From: Myxococcota bacterium
Lineage (GTDB): Bacteria > Myxococcota_A > UBA9160 > JAFDDA01
DNA length: 64,000 bases
NCBI GenBank assembly: GCA_965228475.1
Contig: OZ245817.1
Span: forward strand, 2,208,001 to 2,272,000
Direction: 5' to 3'
The first letter of the stretch is position 1, and every line of letters begins with the position of its first letter. This document shows positions 1-10,712 of the stretch, piece after piece. The notes under the pieces are model-generated. The model was given only the letters and a program-made list of their open reading frames with translations. It was not told the origin of the DNA and ran no database searches. The position numbers and the translations under genes were made by a program.

Positions 1-1
1 C

Positions 2-835
2 GCTCGGGTCGAGGACCCCGACGGGGACGAGATCGAGCTCGGCTACGCGTGGACGCTGAACGGGCGGCCCGCCCGGACCTCCGGCGACACGCTCCAGCTC
101 TCGAGCGCGATCAAGGGCGACATCGTCCAGGTCACGGTCACCGCCAGCGACGGCTGGGACGAGAGCGACCCGGTGACGACCCAGGCGCAGATCGGGAACT
201 CGCCGCCGGTGCTCCAGAACGTCGCCTTCGACCCGCTCGGCTCGATCACGCGCGGGCAGCCGGTGACGGCTCGTCCGATCGCGATCGATCCCAACGGTGA
301 CCCGCTCGAGTACGAGTTCGTCTGGTGGGTGAACGACCGCGAGCTCCCGAGCCGCACCGACCAGCTCGACACCTCCCGCCTGAAGCGCGGGGACATGGTG
401 CGGGTCGCCGTCGTCGCGACGGACGGCTACGCCCGGAGCAACGAGATCCGCAGCGAGCCGATCCCGGTCCAGAACTCGGCGCCGCAGATCACCTCGACGC
501 CGGCGAACAGCGGGCCCGAGGGCAGCTACGTCTATCAGGTCGAGGCCCAGGACCCCGATGGGGACCGCCGCCTCCGCTTCCGCCTCGAGCAGGCGCCGGC
601 CGGGATGACCATCGACCCGATCGGCGGGCAGCTCTCGTGGACGCCCCCGAGCGATGCGACCGGAACGCACACGATCGAGGTCGTTGTCGACGACATGCAG
701 GGAGGCGTGGGCAGCCAGCGCTTCAGCGTCGTGATCGGCGATCCGGCGCCCGAGGAGCCCGCTCCGGGCGCGCCCGGAGCGACGCCGGCCGCCGGGGAAG
801 CGCCGGCACCGGCTTCGCCGACGGAAGACCGCTAG
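2..835 (+). CDS. Ig-like/cadherin-like repeat protein (putative Ig domains), 5'-truncated by the window edge
   Basis: Frame is open from base 2 (ARVEDPDGDEIELGYAWTLNG...). Repeated N.PP...DPDGD.L.Y...W motifs and a C-terminal putative-Ig unit (APQITSTP...YQVEAQDPDGD...P.GMTIDP..GQLSWTP), followed by a Pro/Ala tail. Confidence 0.75.
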   Translation, partial: ARVEDPDGDEIELGYAWTLNGRPARTSGDTLQLSSAIKGDIVQVTVTASDGWDESDPVTTQAQIGNSPPVLQNVAFDPLGSITRGQPVTARPIAIDPNGDPLEYEFVWWVNDRELPSRTDQLDTSRLKRGDMVRVAVVATDGYARSNEIRSEPIPVQNSAPQITSTPANSGPEGSYVYQVEAQDPDGDRRLRFRLEQAPAGMTIDPIGGQLSWTPPSDATGTHTIEVVVDDMQGGVGSQRFSVVIGDPAPEEPAPGAPGATPAAGEAPAPASPTEDR

Positions 836-861
836 CTCGGACGGCCGGTCGGGGACACACG

Positions 862-900
862 ACCCCCGGGCTCGCACGGCGAGCTCGGGGGTTTTCTCTT
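862..900 (+). terminator. Intrinsic terminator hairpin between convergent genes
   Basis: ACCCCCGGGCTCG/CGAGCTCGGGGGT stem (one G-U pair) followed by TTTCTCTT, just after the stop at 835. Confidence 0.75.
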
Positions 901-927
901 TCGGACCCTCGGCGCCGCGAGACGGCG

Positions 928-2286
<1,359 letters not shown>

Positions 2287-2565
2287 GGTTCTCTATCGGC
2301 CGGGGAGGCGCTCGTCGTGAGCCGGGCGGGGCGGGAAACGCACACCCCCGAGGCCGGCCCGGGAGCCGTTCTCCTGCGCGCCGGAGGACCCCCTGGTTGC
2401 CGGTCGGCTGCCCTGGAACTGCCCGTCACGGAAGCCAAAAGAGACTCAATGCGGGGGTAGCCGACGCCTCAAGTCCCCGGAATGGCGAACCGATGGGTTT
2501 CTCACAGTTCGGACCCAAGCAACCAGCGCCACACCCCCCCTCCCAGGCGCGAACAGGAGGGGACC

Positions 2566-2829
2566 GTGGCGAACAACGTACAGGCCTTCCGCGAGGCCTT
2601 GATGATGAGCAAGGCCGAACTGGCCCGCAAAGCCGGGCTCTCCACGCTCACCATCGATCGCGTCGAAGCGGGCCGGCCCTGCCGGCTCGACACCCAGCGC
2701 AAGATCCTCCTGGCGCTCGGGCTCAAGGTTCAAGACAAGGATCGGGTCTTCCGGCCCGGTTCTTCCGACGACAGTGACCGTTCTTCCCACGAAGCGACCG
2801 CTCCGGCCCACGCGCCGGACGGCGTGTAG
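2566..2829 (+). CDS. Small XRE-family helix-turn-helix protein upstream of pilM
   Basis: GTG at 2566 after an AGGAGG RBS; sequence FREALMMSKAELARKAGLSTLTIDRVEAG is an HTH_XRE pattern. Confidence 0.8.
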   Translation: MANNVQAFREALMMSKAELARKAGLSTLTIDRVEAGRPCRLDTQRKILLALGLKVQDKDRVFRPGSSDDSDRSSHEATAPAHAPDGV

Positions 2830-2843
2830 CCGGAGGTCCGCCC

Positions 2844-3920
2844 GTGAAGCTTCCGTTTCTTTCGAGTCTGAAGTCGAGTTCCACCGTGGGCCTCGACATC
2901 GGCTCCTCGTCGGTCAAGGCCGTCGAGCTCCGACAGCAAGGTGATGGCTACCAGCTCACGAAGCTCGGCCACGCGAAGTTGCCGCCCGAAGCGATCGTCC
3001 AGGGGGCCTTCCTCAACACGACCGCCATCGTGGATGCCATTCGCGAGGCCGTCGAATCGGCGGGCATCCGCTCCCGGGACATGGCCACGGCGATCTGCGG
3101 CCACTCGGTGATCGTGAAGAAGATCACGGTCCAGGAGATGAGCCGCGAGCAGCTCGAGGAATCCATCAAGTGGGAGGCCGAGCAGTACATCCCGTTCGAC
3201 GTGAACGAGGTGAACCTCGACTTCCAGATCCTCGACACGGCGACGACCGAAGGTCAGATGGACGTCCTGCTCGTGGCCGCCAAGAAGGACCTCCTCGACG
3301 ACTACGTCCAGGTGATCGCCGAGGCGGGCTACACGGCCCACGTCGTCGACATCGCGGGCTTCGCGGTGGAGAACGCCTACGAGGCCAACACCGACGGCGC
3401 CGCGGACGAGGTGATCGGGATCGCGAACGTCGGCTCCCAGGTCACCAACATCAACGTCGTCGCGAACGGGATTCCGGTCTTCACGCGCGACGTGGCGCTC
3501 GGGGGCTCGCTCTACACCGAGGAGATCCAGAAGGCGCTCTCCATCGGCTTCGAGGAAGCCGAGGCGATCAAGATCGGGGACCGCCGCGTGGACAGCAAGG
3601 ACGTCGTGCCCAAGGAGGTCGAAGAGTCCATGCGCCAGGTGACGGGCCAGATCGTGGGCGAGATCGCCCGCTCGCTCGAGTTCTACTCGGCGACGGCGGA
3701 GGACGGGCAGATCGGCAAGATCCTGCTCGCCGGCGGCTCGGCCCAGGTCTCCGGGCTCGCCGCGGCCTTCGAGGAGCGCATGGACGTTCCCGTCGAGGTG
3801 ATGAACCCGGTCGAGAACATCTCGGTGGGCTCGAACGTGGATCCCGAAATGATCGAAGCCCTGTGCCCCTCGCTCGCGGTGGGCATGGGTCTCGCCATGC
3901 GGAGGCTCGACGAACAATGA
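2844..3920 (+). CDS. pilM: Type IV pilus assembly protein PilM
   Basis: VGLDIGSSSVKAVEL, EAEQYIPF and ILLAGGSA actin-like motifs; first gene of an MNOPQ order. Confidence 0.95.
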   Translation: MKLPFLSSLKSSSTVGLDIGSSSVKAVELRQQGDGYQLTKLGHAKLPPEAIVQGAFLNTTAIVDAIREAVESAGIRSRDMATAICGHSVIVKKITVQEMSREQLEESIKWEAEQYIPFDVNEVNLDFQILDTATTEGQMDVLLVAAKKDLLDDYVQVIAEAGYTAHVVDIAGFAVENAYEANTDGAADEVIGIANVGSQVTNINVVANGIPVFTRDVALGGSLYTEEIQKALSIGFEEAEAIKIGDRRVDSKDVVPKEVEESMRQVTGQIVGEIARSLEFYSATAEDGQIGKILLAGGSAQVSGLAAAFEERMDVPVEVMNPVENISVGSNVDPEMIEALCPSLAVGMGLAMRRLDEQ

Positions 3921-4579
3921 TTCGAATCAACCTCCTTCCGTTCCGTGAGGTCCGCCGCCGGGCCGAGCTGCGAAATCAGCTCGGGCTCGTGGCGCTGGCC
4001 ATCGTGGTGGCAGGTGGGCTTTGCGTGATGCTTCAGCTCTGGTCTGCGACCCGGCTCTCGAGCGCCCGCTCGCAGGTCGCGAAGATCGAGAAGAAGATCA
4101 CCGAGTACGAGCCCGAGATGAAGCAGCTGCGCGGCTTCGAGGCCAAGCGGGGCGAGGTCGAGCGCAAGCTCGGCGTCATCCGCGGGCTCGAGAAGTCCCG
4201 GACCGGCCCGGTCCGCGCGCTCGACGAGCTCGCGACCAACACGCCGGACCGCGTGTGGCTGACCAGCCTGAAGGCCCAGGGCTCGAAGGTGGACCTCTCC
4301 GGCTACGCCCTCGACAACGAGGTCGTCGCGGAGTTCCTCACGGGGCTCGGGAGCTCCGAGCACTTCGGCTCCGTCGATCTGCGCGGCACCGAGTTCGTGC
4401 AGAGCAGCGGGGTTCGCCTGAACCAGTTCACCGTCCAGGCCCGCCTCACCGCCAAGAGCATCGAGGAGATCCAGGCCGAGGCCGAGGCCGCCCGCAAGGC
4501 CGCCGAAGGCGACGACGGCAAGAAGAAGAAGGGCAAGAAGAAGCGCAAGAAGCGCAAGAAGAAGGCGGGGTTGCTCTAA
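3917..4579 (+). CDS. pilN: Type IV pilus assembly protein PilN
   Basis: ATG at 3917 overlaps the pilM stop; MIRINLLP motif, TM helix, coiled coil, PDRVWLTSL. Confidence 0.93.
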   Translation: MIRINLLPFREVRRRAELRNQLGLVALAIVVAGGLCVMLQLWSATRLSSARSQVAKIEKKITEYEPEMKQLRGFEAKRGEVERKLGVIRGLEKSRTGPVRALDELATNTPDRVWLTSLKAQGSKVDLSGYALDNEVVAEFLTGLGSSEHFGSVDLRGTEFVQSSGVRLNQFTVQARLTAKSIEEIQAEAEAARKAAEGDDGKKKKGKKKRKKRKKKAGLL

Positions 4580-5328
4580 TGGGACTTTCTGACCTCGACA
4601 TCGCAGGCAAGGTCAACGCCAAGCTGGACGAGTTCCAGGGGCAGATCGACCAGCTCGCCAAGCTTCCGAAGCCCGTCCGCCAGGCCATGGCGCCGGTGGC
4701 CGGACTGCTGGTGCTCGCGGCCTACGTCTACCTCGTGCTGCTTCCGAACAACCACGAAGTGGACCGGCTGAACGCCCAGGCCAAGGCCAAGCAGATCGAG
4801 CTTTCGAAGGCCGAATCGGTGGCGGAGAACCTTCCCGCCTTCGAGCAGGAACTCAAGAACCTCGAGGCCGAGCTGAAGGTGGCGCTGCGGCAGCTGCCCG
4901 ACAGCAAGGAGATCCCGGGTCTGCTGACGGACATCAGCACGCTCGGCAAGAACGCGGGCCTGAACATCAAGAAGTTCACGCCCAAGCCCGAGGTGCCCCG
5001 CGGCTTCTACGCCGAGGTGCCCCTCGAGATCTCCTTCACCGGGAGCTTCCACCAGGTCGTCACGTTCTTCGATCTGATCGCGAAGCTGCCTCGTATCGTG
5101 AACGTCGGCGAGCTGAAGATGGACATCGATCGCGAGACCGCCGAGGGGACACGCCTCACGGTCAGCGGCAAGGCGACGACGTTCCGATTCATCGAGCAGA
5201 ACCCGACGGCCGCAAGCGCCGCGGTGCCCGGTGAGATTCCGCCGGCCAACCAGGCGGCAGTCACGGACCAGAACCCGGCCGACGCTCAGGCGGCGGCGAA
5301 GGGCCAGCAGCGGGGAGACGTGGGATGA
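4579..5328 (+). CDS. pilO: Type IV pilus assembly protein PilO
   Basis: ATG overlaps the pilN TAA; LP...EIPGLL, FYAEVP, GSFHQV..FF..IAKLPRIV motifs. Confidence 0.93.
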   Translation: MGLSDLDIAGKVNAKLDEFQGQIDQLAKLPKPVRQAMAPVAGLLVLAAYVYLVLLPNNHEVDRLNAQAKAKQIELSKAESVAENLPAFEQELKNLEAELKVALRQLPDSKEIPGLLTDISTLGKNAGLNIKKFTPKPEVPRGFYAEVPLEISFTGSFHQVVTFFDLIAKLPRIVNVGELKMDIDRETAEGTRLTVSGKATTFRFIEQNPTAASAAVPGEIPPANQAAVTDQNPADAQAAAKGQQRGDVG

Positions 5329-5900
5329 CGAGGGGGATGATCTTCATCCTGGCGCTGGTGTTCCTGGGCGCCTGCTCGAAGGAGGAGGAGCCGTTGACGG
5401 CACCGACCGCCTCCGACTTCGAGAAGGAGCGCGCGGAACTCGCAGCGCGGGTCAAAGGCAAGCGGCCGGAGCTCGGCAAGAAGGATCGCAAGCGCGCCTC
5501 CGAGAAGGGCGTGGCGGACGAGACCGACTTTGCCGTCGTCGACAAGGACTACGTCTACGAGTCGGAGGGCAAACGCGACCCGTTCCGCTCCTTCATCCTC
5601 GATGCGAAGGATGAGCGAGAGGACTCGCGAGGGCCCCTCGAGCAGTTCGATCTGGCGCAGCTCACGGTCGTGGCCGTGGTCTGGGGCACGAACAACCCGC
5701 GCGCGGTGGTCAACGACCCTTCGGGGCGTGGATACATCGTGCGTGAGGGGACGTACATGGGGAAGAACGAAGGGCGCGTGATCGCGATTGCCGACAACGC
5801 GCTGACGGTGAAGGAAACCTACGTGGACTACTTCGGGGATACCACCACGAAGGACGTCTTGATGCGGGTTCGAGTCGAGAAGGAGGGGAACAAGAAATGA
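5325..5900 (+). CDS. pilP: Type IV pilus assembly lipoprotein PilP
   Basis: Lipobox LGAC; RDPF and PLEQFDL.QL motifs; G.YMGKNEGRV. Confidence 0.93.
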   Translation: MTRGMIFILALVFLGACSKEEEPLTAPTASDFEKERAELAARVKGKRPELGKKDRKRASEKGVADETDFAVVDKDYVYESEGKRDPFRSFILDAKDEREDSRGPLEQFDLAQLTVVAVVWGTNNPRAVVNDPSGRGYIVREGTYMGKNEGRVIAIADNALTVKETYVDYFGDTTTKDVLMRVRVEKEGNKK

Positions 5901-8839
5901 CGGGGCGCAACCGTTCGACGAAGATGACGTCGTACGCAGCCGGCCTGATCCTGCTGTTCGGCTTGGCCGTCGGCGCGACCGGCGAAAACGGCGGCATCCG
6001 CATGCTGTCCGACGTCAGCGTGGATGAGATCGATGGGGCGACGGTGCTGTCGCTGTACGGGCTGGCAGGGTCGACCTGGGAGACCACGGTGGGCGGCGAT
6101 GGCCAGGCCATCGAGCTCTCCTTCACGGGGGTCCGGCCGGAGTTCATGCCCGGCAACCTGGTCGTGAACGACGCCCGGGTGAACTCCGTGGCGTTCGCCG
6201 AGGAGACGGGTCCGGAGGGTGAGCCGCGCACGGTCGTGGCCATTCTCGGGAAGACCGGCCTCGAGCACGAAGTCACGACCGAGGGCGATCGCCTGATGGT
6301 CCGCGTGACCGGCGGAGCGGCCGTGGCCGACACCGCCCAGGCGGTTCCGGTGGCGATGGCGGAGACTCCGGAAGCCGCGCCGACGTCCGAAGTGACGCCG
6401 GTGGCGCCTCCGGCCAAGCCGGCCCCGAGCCCGGTGACGCAGCAGGCGGCCACGCCGGTCGAGGCCAGCGTTCCGCCGAGCGCGACGCTGCTCGCGGTCG
6501 ACGTCGAAGGCACGCCGGGGCACACGGTCGTTCGCATGAAGACCGACGGCTCGGTGGTGGACGTGAAGACGTTCACCCTGAAGGAGCCGCCGCGCCTGGT
6601 GATCGACCTCGTGGGCATGAAGAACCAGGTCCGCACGTCGAAGATCCCGCTCGGGCTGCCCCAGGCGGATCGGCTGCGGATCGGCCAGCACCCGAACAAG
6701 GTCCGGCTCGTGCTCGACGGCACGCAGGCCGCACCGTTCGGGGATCGCGACGTCTCCATGACGAGCGACGGCGTCGTTCTCACGATCGGGAATCCGGCCC
6801 AGGTGGCGCAGCTGCCTTCGGTGTCCGAGTCCCCGAGCGAGACGGCTTCCGAGTCCGAGGAGACGGCCTCGGTGCCGAGCCCCGTCGAGGACACGCCGCC
6901 GCCGGCCAAGGCCGCCGAGACGAATGAAACGTCGGCGGCGCAGCCCGCGGGCGAGCCGGAGACGATGGGCGTCGAAGCGACGACTCCGACCCAGGTCGGC
7001 GTCGGTGCACCGACGGACCAGGCGCCGGGCCAGAGCGTGGCGGTCAGCAACGTCGAACTCGAGTCCCTGCCGGACCGAGATCGCCTGCTGATCTTCCTCG
7101 GTGAGCCGACGGAGTACCGCCTGTTCGAGCCCGACTCGGACACGGTGGTCGTGCGGCTCCTCGATGCCCAGATCGACGACACGGCAGCGGTCCGGCTGAT
7201 CCCGCCCTCGGGCGGCCCGGTTTCGCTCGTGACCTCCTTCCAGCAGCCCGACGTCGAGCTGCCCGAGGTCCGCGTGGTCGTGACGCGCAACGGCGGTTCC
7301 GCTCCGGAAGTCCGGCAGCAGGGCCCGCTCCTGATGATCGACTTCGCCAAGACGGCGGACCAGATCGCCCAGGAGACCGAGGCGGCTTCGGCGCCGCAGA
7401 CGACGGCGGCGGCCCCGGTGCCCGCGGCCGTGCCCGCGAGCCTCGCTCCGGCCCAGGAGTCCGCGGTCACGACGCAGCCGGCGATCGAGCGCATCCAGGA
7501 GCAGGTGATCGGGAGCGCTCCGGCGAACATCGATCCCGACTCCCCGGTGGCCATCCTCCAGGAGGGCGGCTTCCAGGAGGGCAAGCCCTACGTCGGACGG
7601 CGCATCTCGCTCGACTTCAAGGACGCCGAGATCGACGACGTGCTGCGGCTCGTCGCCGAGGTCAGCGACCTGAACGTCATCGCGGGCGACGAGGTCGGCG
7701 GCAAGGTGACGATCCGCCTGGTGGACGTGCCTTGGGACCAGGCCCTCGACGTCATCCTGATGACCCAGGGGCTCGGCTTCGAGCGCGTCGGCAACGTCCT
7801 GCGCATCGCTCCTTCGGACCTTCTCCAGGCCGAGCGGGAGGCTCGCATGCAGGAGCGCCGCGCGATGGAGAAGCTCGAGGACCTGATCGTCAAGCTGCAG
7901 CCGGTGAACTACGCCGACGTCAAGGAAGTCTCGAAGCTGGTCAAGCGCCTGCTTTCGGGCCGCGGCACGGTCAACACCGACGAGCGCACGAGCACGCTGA
8001 TCATGAAGGACATCCCTTCGGTGATCGACGAGGCCACGGCGCTGGTCAAGGCGATCGATACGCAGACGCCGCAGGTGATGATCGAGGCGAAGATCGTGGA
8101 AGCGCAGCTCGACTTCTCGCGCGAGCTGGGTTCCGAGTGGGGCGCGGGTACGCAGCCTGACGAGGACTTCCAGGACTTCGTGACGGGCGGCGTGCAGCCG
8201 ATCACGGCCTTCGGCCGCGGTTGGCCGGACAGCTACGCCAACAACGTGGTGGTCAGCAACCCGATCACCAGCGTCGCCAACGGCGTGGTGAACATGGGCT
8301 CCTTCCTGCTCGGCAACAAGGTGAACGTGAACCTCCGCCTGGCCGCTGCCGAGAGCCGCGGTGAAGGCAAGGTGATCTCGAGTCCGCGGGTCGTGACCCT
8401 GGACAACCGGGAAGCGATCATCGAGCAGGGTGTGTCGATCCCGTTCCAGACCTTCGAGAACGGTGATGCGGCCCTCGAGTTCATCGACGCGGTGCTGCAG
8501 CTGAAGGTGCGGCCGCACATCACGGCCGACCGCAGCATCATCATGAAGCTGGAAGTCTCGCGCAACGCGCCGGACGACTCGGTGGCGACGCCCACCGGCT
8601 CCCCGGCGATCGCCAAGAACGAGGCGATCACCGAGACCCTGGTGAAGGATGGGCAGACGCTCGTGATCGGCGGCATCTACGTGGTGGAGAAGACGAACGC
8701 GCAGTCGCGGGTTCCGTATCTGCACCGGCTGCCGTTCGTCGGGCGTGCGTTCCAGAACAAGTCGATCCGCGACATCCGCAAGGAGCTGCTGATCTTCGTG
8801 ACGCCGCGGGTGGTGCAGCCCTCCGAAGTGGGGAGCTGA
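5897..8839 (+). CDS. pilQ: Type IV pilus secretin PilQ with AMIN domains
   Basis: AMIN motif PPRLVIDL; ISLDFKDA, VPWDQALD, QVMIEAKIVEA, SPRVVTLDN, GQTLVIGGI and ELLIFVTPR secretin motifs. Exact start is uncertain. Confidence 0.95.
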   Translation: MTGRNRSTKMTSYAAGLILLFGLAVGATGENGGIRMLSDVSVDEIDGATVLSLYGLAGSTWETTVGGDGQAIELSFTGVRPEFMPGNLVVNDARVNSVAFAEETGPEGEPRTVVAILGKTGLEHEVTTEGDRLMVRVTGGAAVADTAQAVPVAMAETPEAAPTSEVTPVAPPAKPAPSPVTQQAATPVEASVPPSATLLAVDVEGTPGHTVVRMKTDGSVVDVKTFTLKEPPRLVIDLVGMKNQVRTSKIPLGLPQADRLRIGQHPNKVRLVLDGTQAAPFGDRDVSMTSDGVVLTIGNPAQVAQLPSVSESPSETASESEETASVPSPVEDTPPPAKAAETNETSAAQPAGEPETMGVEATTPTQVGVGAPTDQAPGQSVAVSNVELESLPDRDRLLIFLGEPTEYRLFEPDSDTVVVRLLDAQIDDTAAVRLIPPSGGPVSLVTSFQQPDVELPEVRVVVTRNGGSAPEVRQQGPLLMIDFAKTADQIAQETEAASAPQTTAAAPVPAAVPASLAPAQESAVTTQPAIERIQEQVIGSAPANIDPDSPVAILQEGGFQEGKPYVGRRISLDFKDAEIDDVLRLVAEVSDLNVIAGDEVGGKVTIRLVDVPWDQALDVILMTQGLGFERVGNVLRIAPSDLLQAEREARMQERRAMEKLEDLIVKLQPVNYADVKEVSKLVKRLLSGRGTVNTDERTSTLIMKDIPSVIDEATALVKAIDTQTPQVMIEAKIVEAQLDFSRELGSEWGAGTQPDEDFQDFVTGGVQPITAFGRGWPDSYANNVVVSNPITSVANGVVNMGSFLLGNKVNVNLRLAAAESRGEGKVISSPRVVTLDNREAIIEQGVSIPFQTFENGDAALEFIDAVLQLKVRPHITADRSIIMKLEVSRNAPDDSVATPTGSPAIAKNEAITETLVKDGQTLVIGGIYVVEKTNAQSRVPYLHRLPFVGRAFQNKSIRDIRKELLIFVTPRVVQPSEVGS

Positions 8840-8899
8840 TCCAGCCAGCGGCCCTCTGGGGTCGTGCGTCCGGCAGCGCCGGGCGAGAACGCAACACGG

Positions 8900-8930
8900 G
8901 CCCCGGGGTCTTCGCGACCCCGGGGCTTCG
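8900..8930 (+). terminator. Hairpin / probable terminator after pilQ
   Basis: GCCCCGGGGTC-TTCGC-GACCCCGGGGC perfect 11-bp stem with a short U tract. Confidence 0.6.
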
Positions 8931-9015
8931 TGCATCCGGGCACGGGTGCGCCGAGACGCTCGAGGGGGGCGGGCGCCCGCGGCGCAAGACGGTGAGGGTC
9001 GTCTATGGTCTGGGC

Positions 9016-9582
9016 ATGGGGGGTTCGACGATCTGGCTCGTGGGCATGATGGGCGTCGGCAAGACTTCGGTCGGCCGGGCGCTCGCCGTCCGCCTCGGTC
9101 TCGAGTTCTTCGACGCCGACGAAGCCGTGGAGCGGGCCTCGGGCGCGCGCGTGAGCGAGATCTTCGAGCGCGAAGGCGAACGGGGTTTTCGCCGGCGCGA
9201 GCGCCAGGCCATCAGCGAGCTCGCCGGCCGCGAAGCCGTCGTCGCCCTCGGCGGGGGCGCCCTCACGAACCCCGGCGTGCCGAGCCTGCTCGCCGAGACC
9301 GGGCGCGTCGTCTACCTGCGTGCCGACCCCGAGACCCTGCTCGAGCGCGTCGGGGGTGGAGACGATCGTCCGCTGCTCGCCGGTCTCGACGCCGCGGGGC
9401 GTCTCGAGCGGCTTCGTGACCTACTGAGGGAACGGGAGATCCACTACGGTTCCGCGAGGTTCGTCGTCTCGGCCGACGACGGCGATGCCGAGGAAGTGGC
9501 CGCGCGCGTGGCGCGCGCGCTCGAACCAGCCGACGAAGCCGGCGGCGAAGCAGCGGACGAGAACGGAGGGCAGGGCGGTTGA
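9016..9582 (+). CDS. aroK: Shikimate kinase
   Basis: IWLVGMMGVGKTSVG P-loop, IFEREGE..FR, LGGG and RPLL motifs. ATG 9016 lies 6 nt after TATGGT. Confidence 0.93.
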   Translation: MGGSTIWLVGMMGVGKTSVGRALAVRLGLEFFDADEAVERASGARVSEIFEREGERGFRRRERQAISELAGREAVVALGGGALTNPGVPSLLAETGRVVYLRADPETLLERVGGGDDRPLLAGLDAAGRLERLRDLLREREIHYGSARFVVSADDGDAEEVAARVARALEPADEAGGEAADENGGQGG

Positions 9583-10712
9583 CGGCCCGAACGAAGACGG
9601 TGAAGGTGGATCTCCCGGGCTCGGACCGTTCCTACCCGATCCGCTTCGGCCAGGGCCTGCTCGCGGGTGCAGGCGCCGAGATCGCCGGGGCGACGAAGGC
9701 CTCCCGCGCCGTGATCGTGTCCGTGCCCCCGGTGGCCCGGCGCTACGCGGGGCCGCTCGAACGCTCCCTGCGCGAAGCGGGGATCCGCACCAAGCGCATC
9801 GTCGTTCCCGACGGCGACAAGACCAAGAACCTCGGCCAGGTGAAGAAGCTCTACAGCGAGCTCCTGGCCTGGGGGGCGGATCGCGGCACCGCCGTGGTGG
9901 CGCTCGGCGGCGGCGTGGTGGGCGATCTCGCCGGCTTCCTCGCCGCGAGCTTCCTGCGCGGGGTCCCCTTCGTGCAGATCCCCACGACGATCCTCGCCAT
10001 GGTGGATTCGAGCGTCGGCGGCAAGGTCGGCGTGAACGTCCCCGAGGGCAAGAACCTCGTCGGCGCCTTCTACCAGCCGAAACTCGTGCTGGCCGACGTC
10101 GACGTCCTGGCGACGCTCCCGGCCCGCCAGCGTGCCGCAGGCCTCGTCGAGGCCGTGAAGCACGGCATCATCCTCGACGAGAAGCTCTTCCTCCGCTTCG
10201 AGCGCGAGATGGAGCGGGTCCGCGACCTCGACCCGGCCGTCCTCCTCCCGCTCCTGGCCGCCTCGTGCAACGTGAAGGCCGAGGTGGTGGCTCGGGACGA
10301 GCGCGAGGCCGGCCTCCGCATGCTGCTGAACTTCGGCCACACCCTGGCCCACGCGGTCGAGAAGCTCTCGAAGTACCGGGGCATCCTCCACGGCGAGGCC
10401 GTGGCGATGGGCATGACCTACGCCGCCCGGCGCTCCGAGGCCCTGGGGCATGCACCCGCGGGGACGGCCGATCGGATCGAGGCGGTCCTCCACCGCCTCG
10501 GCCTCGAAACCGAACTTCCCGGGTTTCCACGGAGTGCTTATCTCGAAGCGCTTCGGGTCGATAAGAAGAGGAAGGAGGCGCACATCCGATTCGTGGTGTT
10601 GCGCCGGATCGGGGCTGCCGAGACGGTCCCGCTCACCCCGGCCGAGGTCTACCCCCCGCTCCGCGGCCAGAAGACGCGCCCGAAGAAGGGGCGCAGGAGC
10701 GCGCGCAAGTGA
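9579..10712 (+). CDS. aroB: 3-dehydroquinate synthase
   Basis: ALGGGVVGDLAGF, PTT.LAMVDSSVGGK, KNLVGAFYQP, LNFGHT..HA.E and HGEAV motifs. Confidence 0.97.
   Translation: MTARTKTVKVDLPGSDRSYPIRFGQGLLAGAGAEIAGATKASRAVIVSVPPVARRYAGPLERSLREAGIRTKRIVVPDGDKTKNLGQVKKLYSELLAWGADRGTAVVALGGGVVGDLAGFLAASFLRGVPFVQIPTTILAMVDSSVGGKVGVNVPEGKNLVGAFYQPKLVLADVDVLATLPARQRAAGLVEAVKHGIILDEKLFLRFEREMERVRDLDPAVLLPLLAASCNVKAEVVARDEREAGLRMLLNFGHTLAHAVEKLSKYRGILHGEAVAMGMTYAARRSEALGHAPAGTADRIEAVLHRLGLETELPGFPRSAYLEALRVDKKRKEAHIRFVVLRRIGAAETVPLTPAEVYPPLRGQKTRPKKGRRSARK

Noticed and set aside
5828..8935. 1035-aa antisense ORF over pilQ, and similar long shadow ORFs (12893-16384 -, 16692-20681 +, 41168-45940 +, 39852-43013 -)
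   Set aside because: Low-complexity Arg/Gly/Pro-rich translations overlapping well-supported genes; expected from stop-codon scarcity at high GC.
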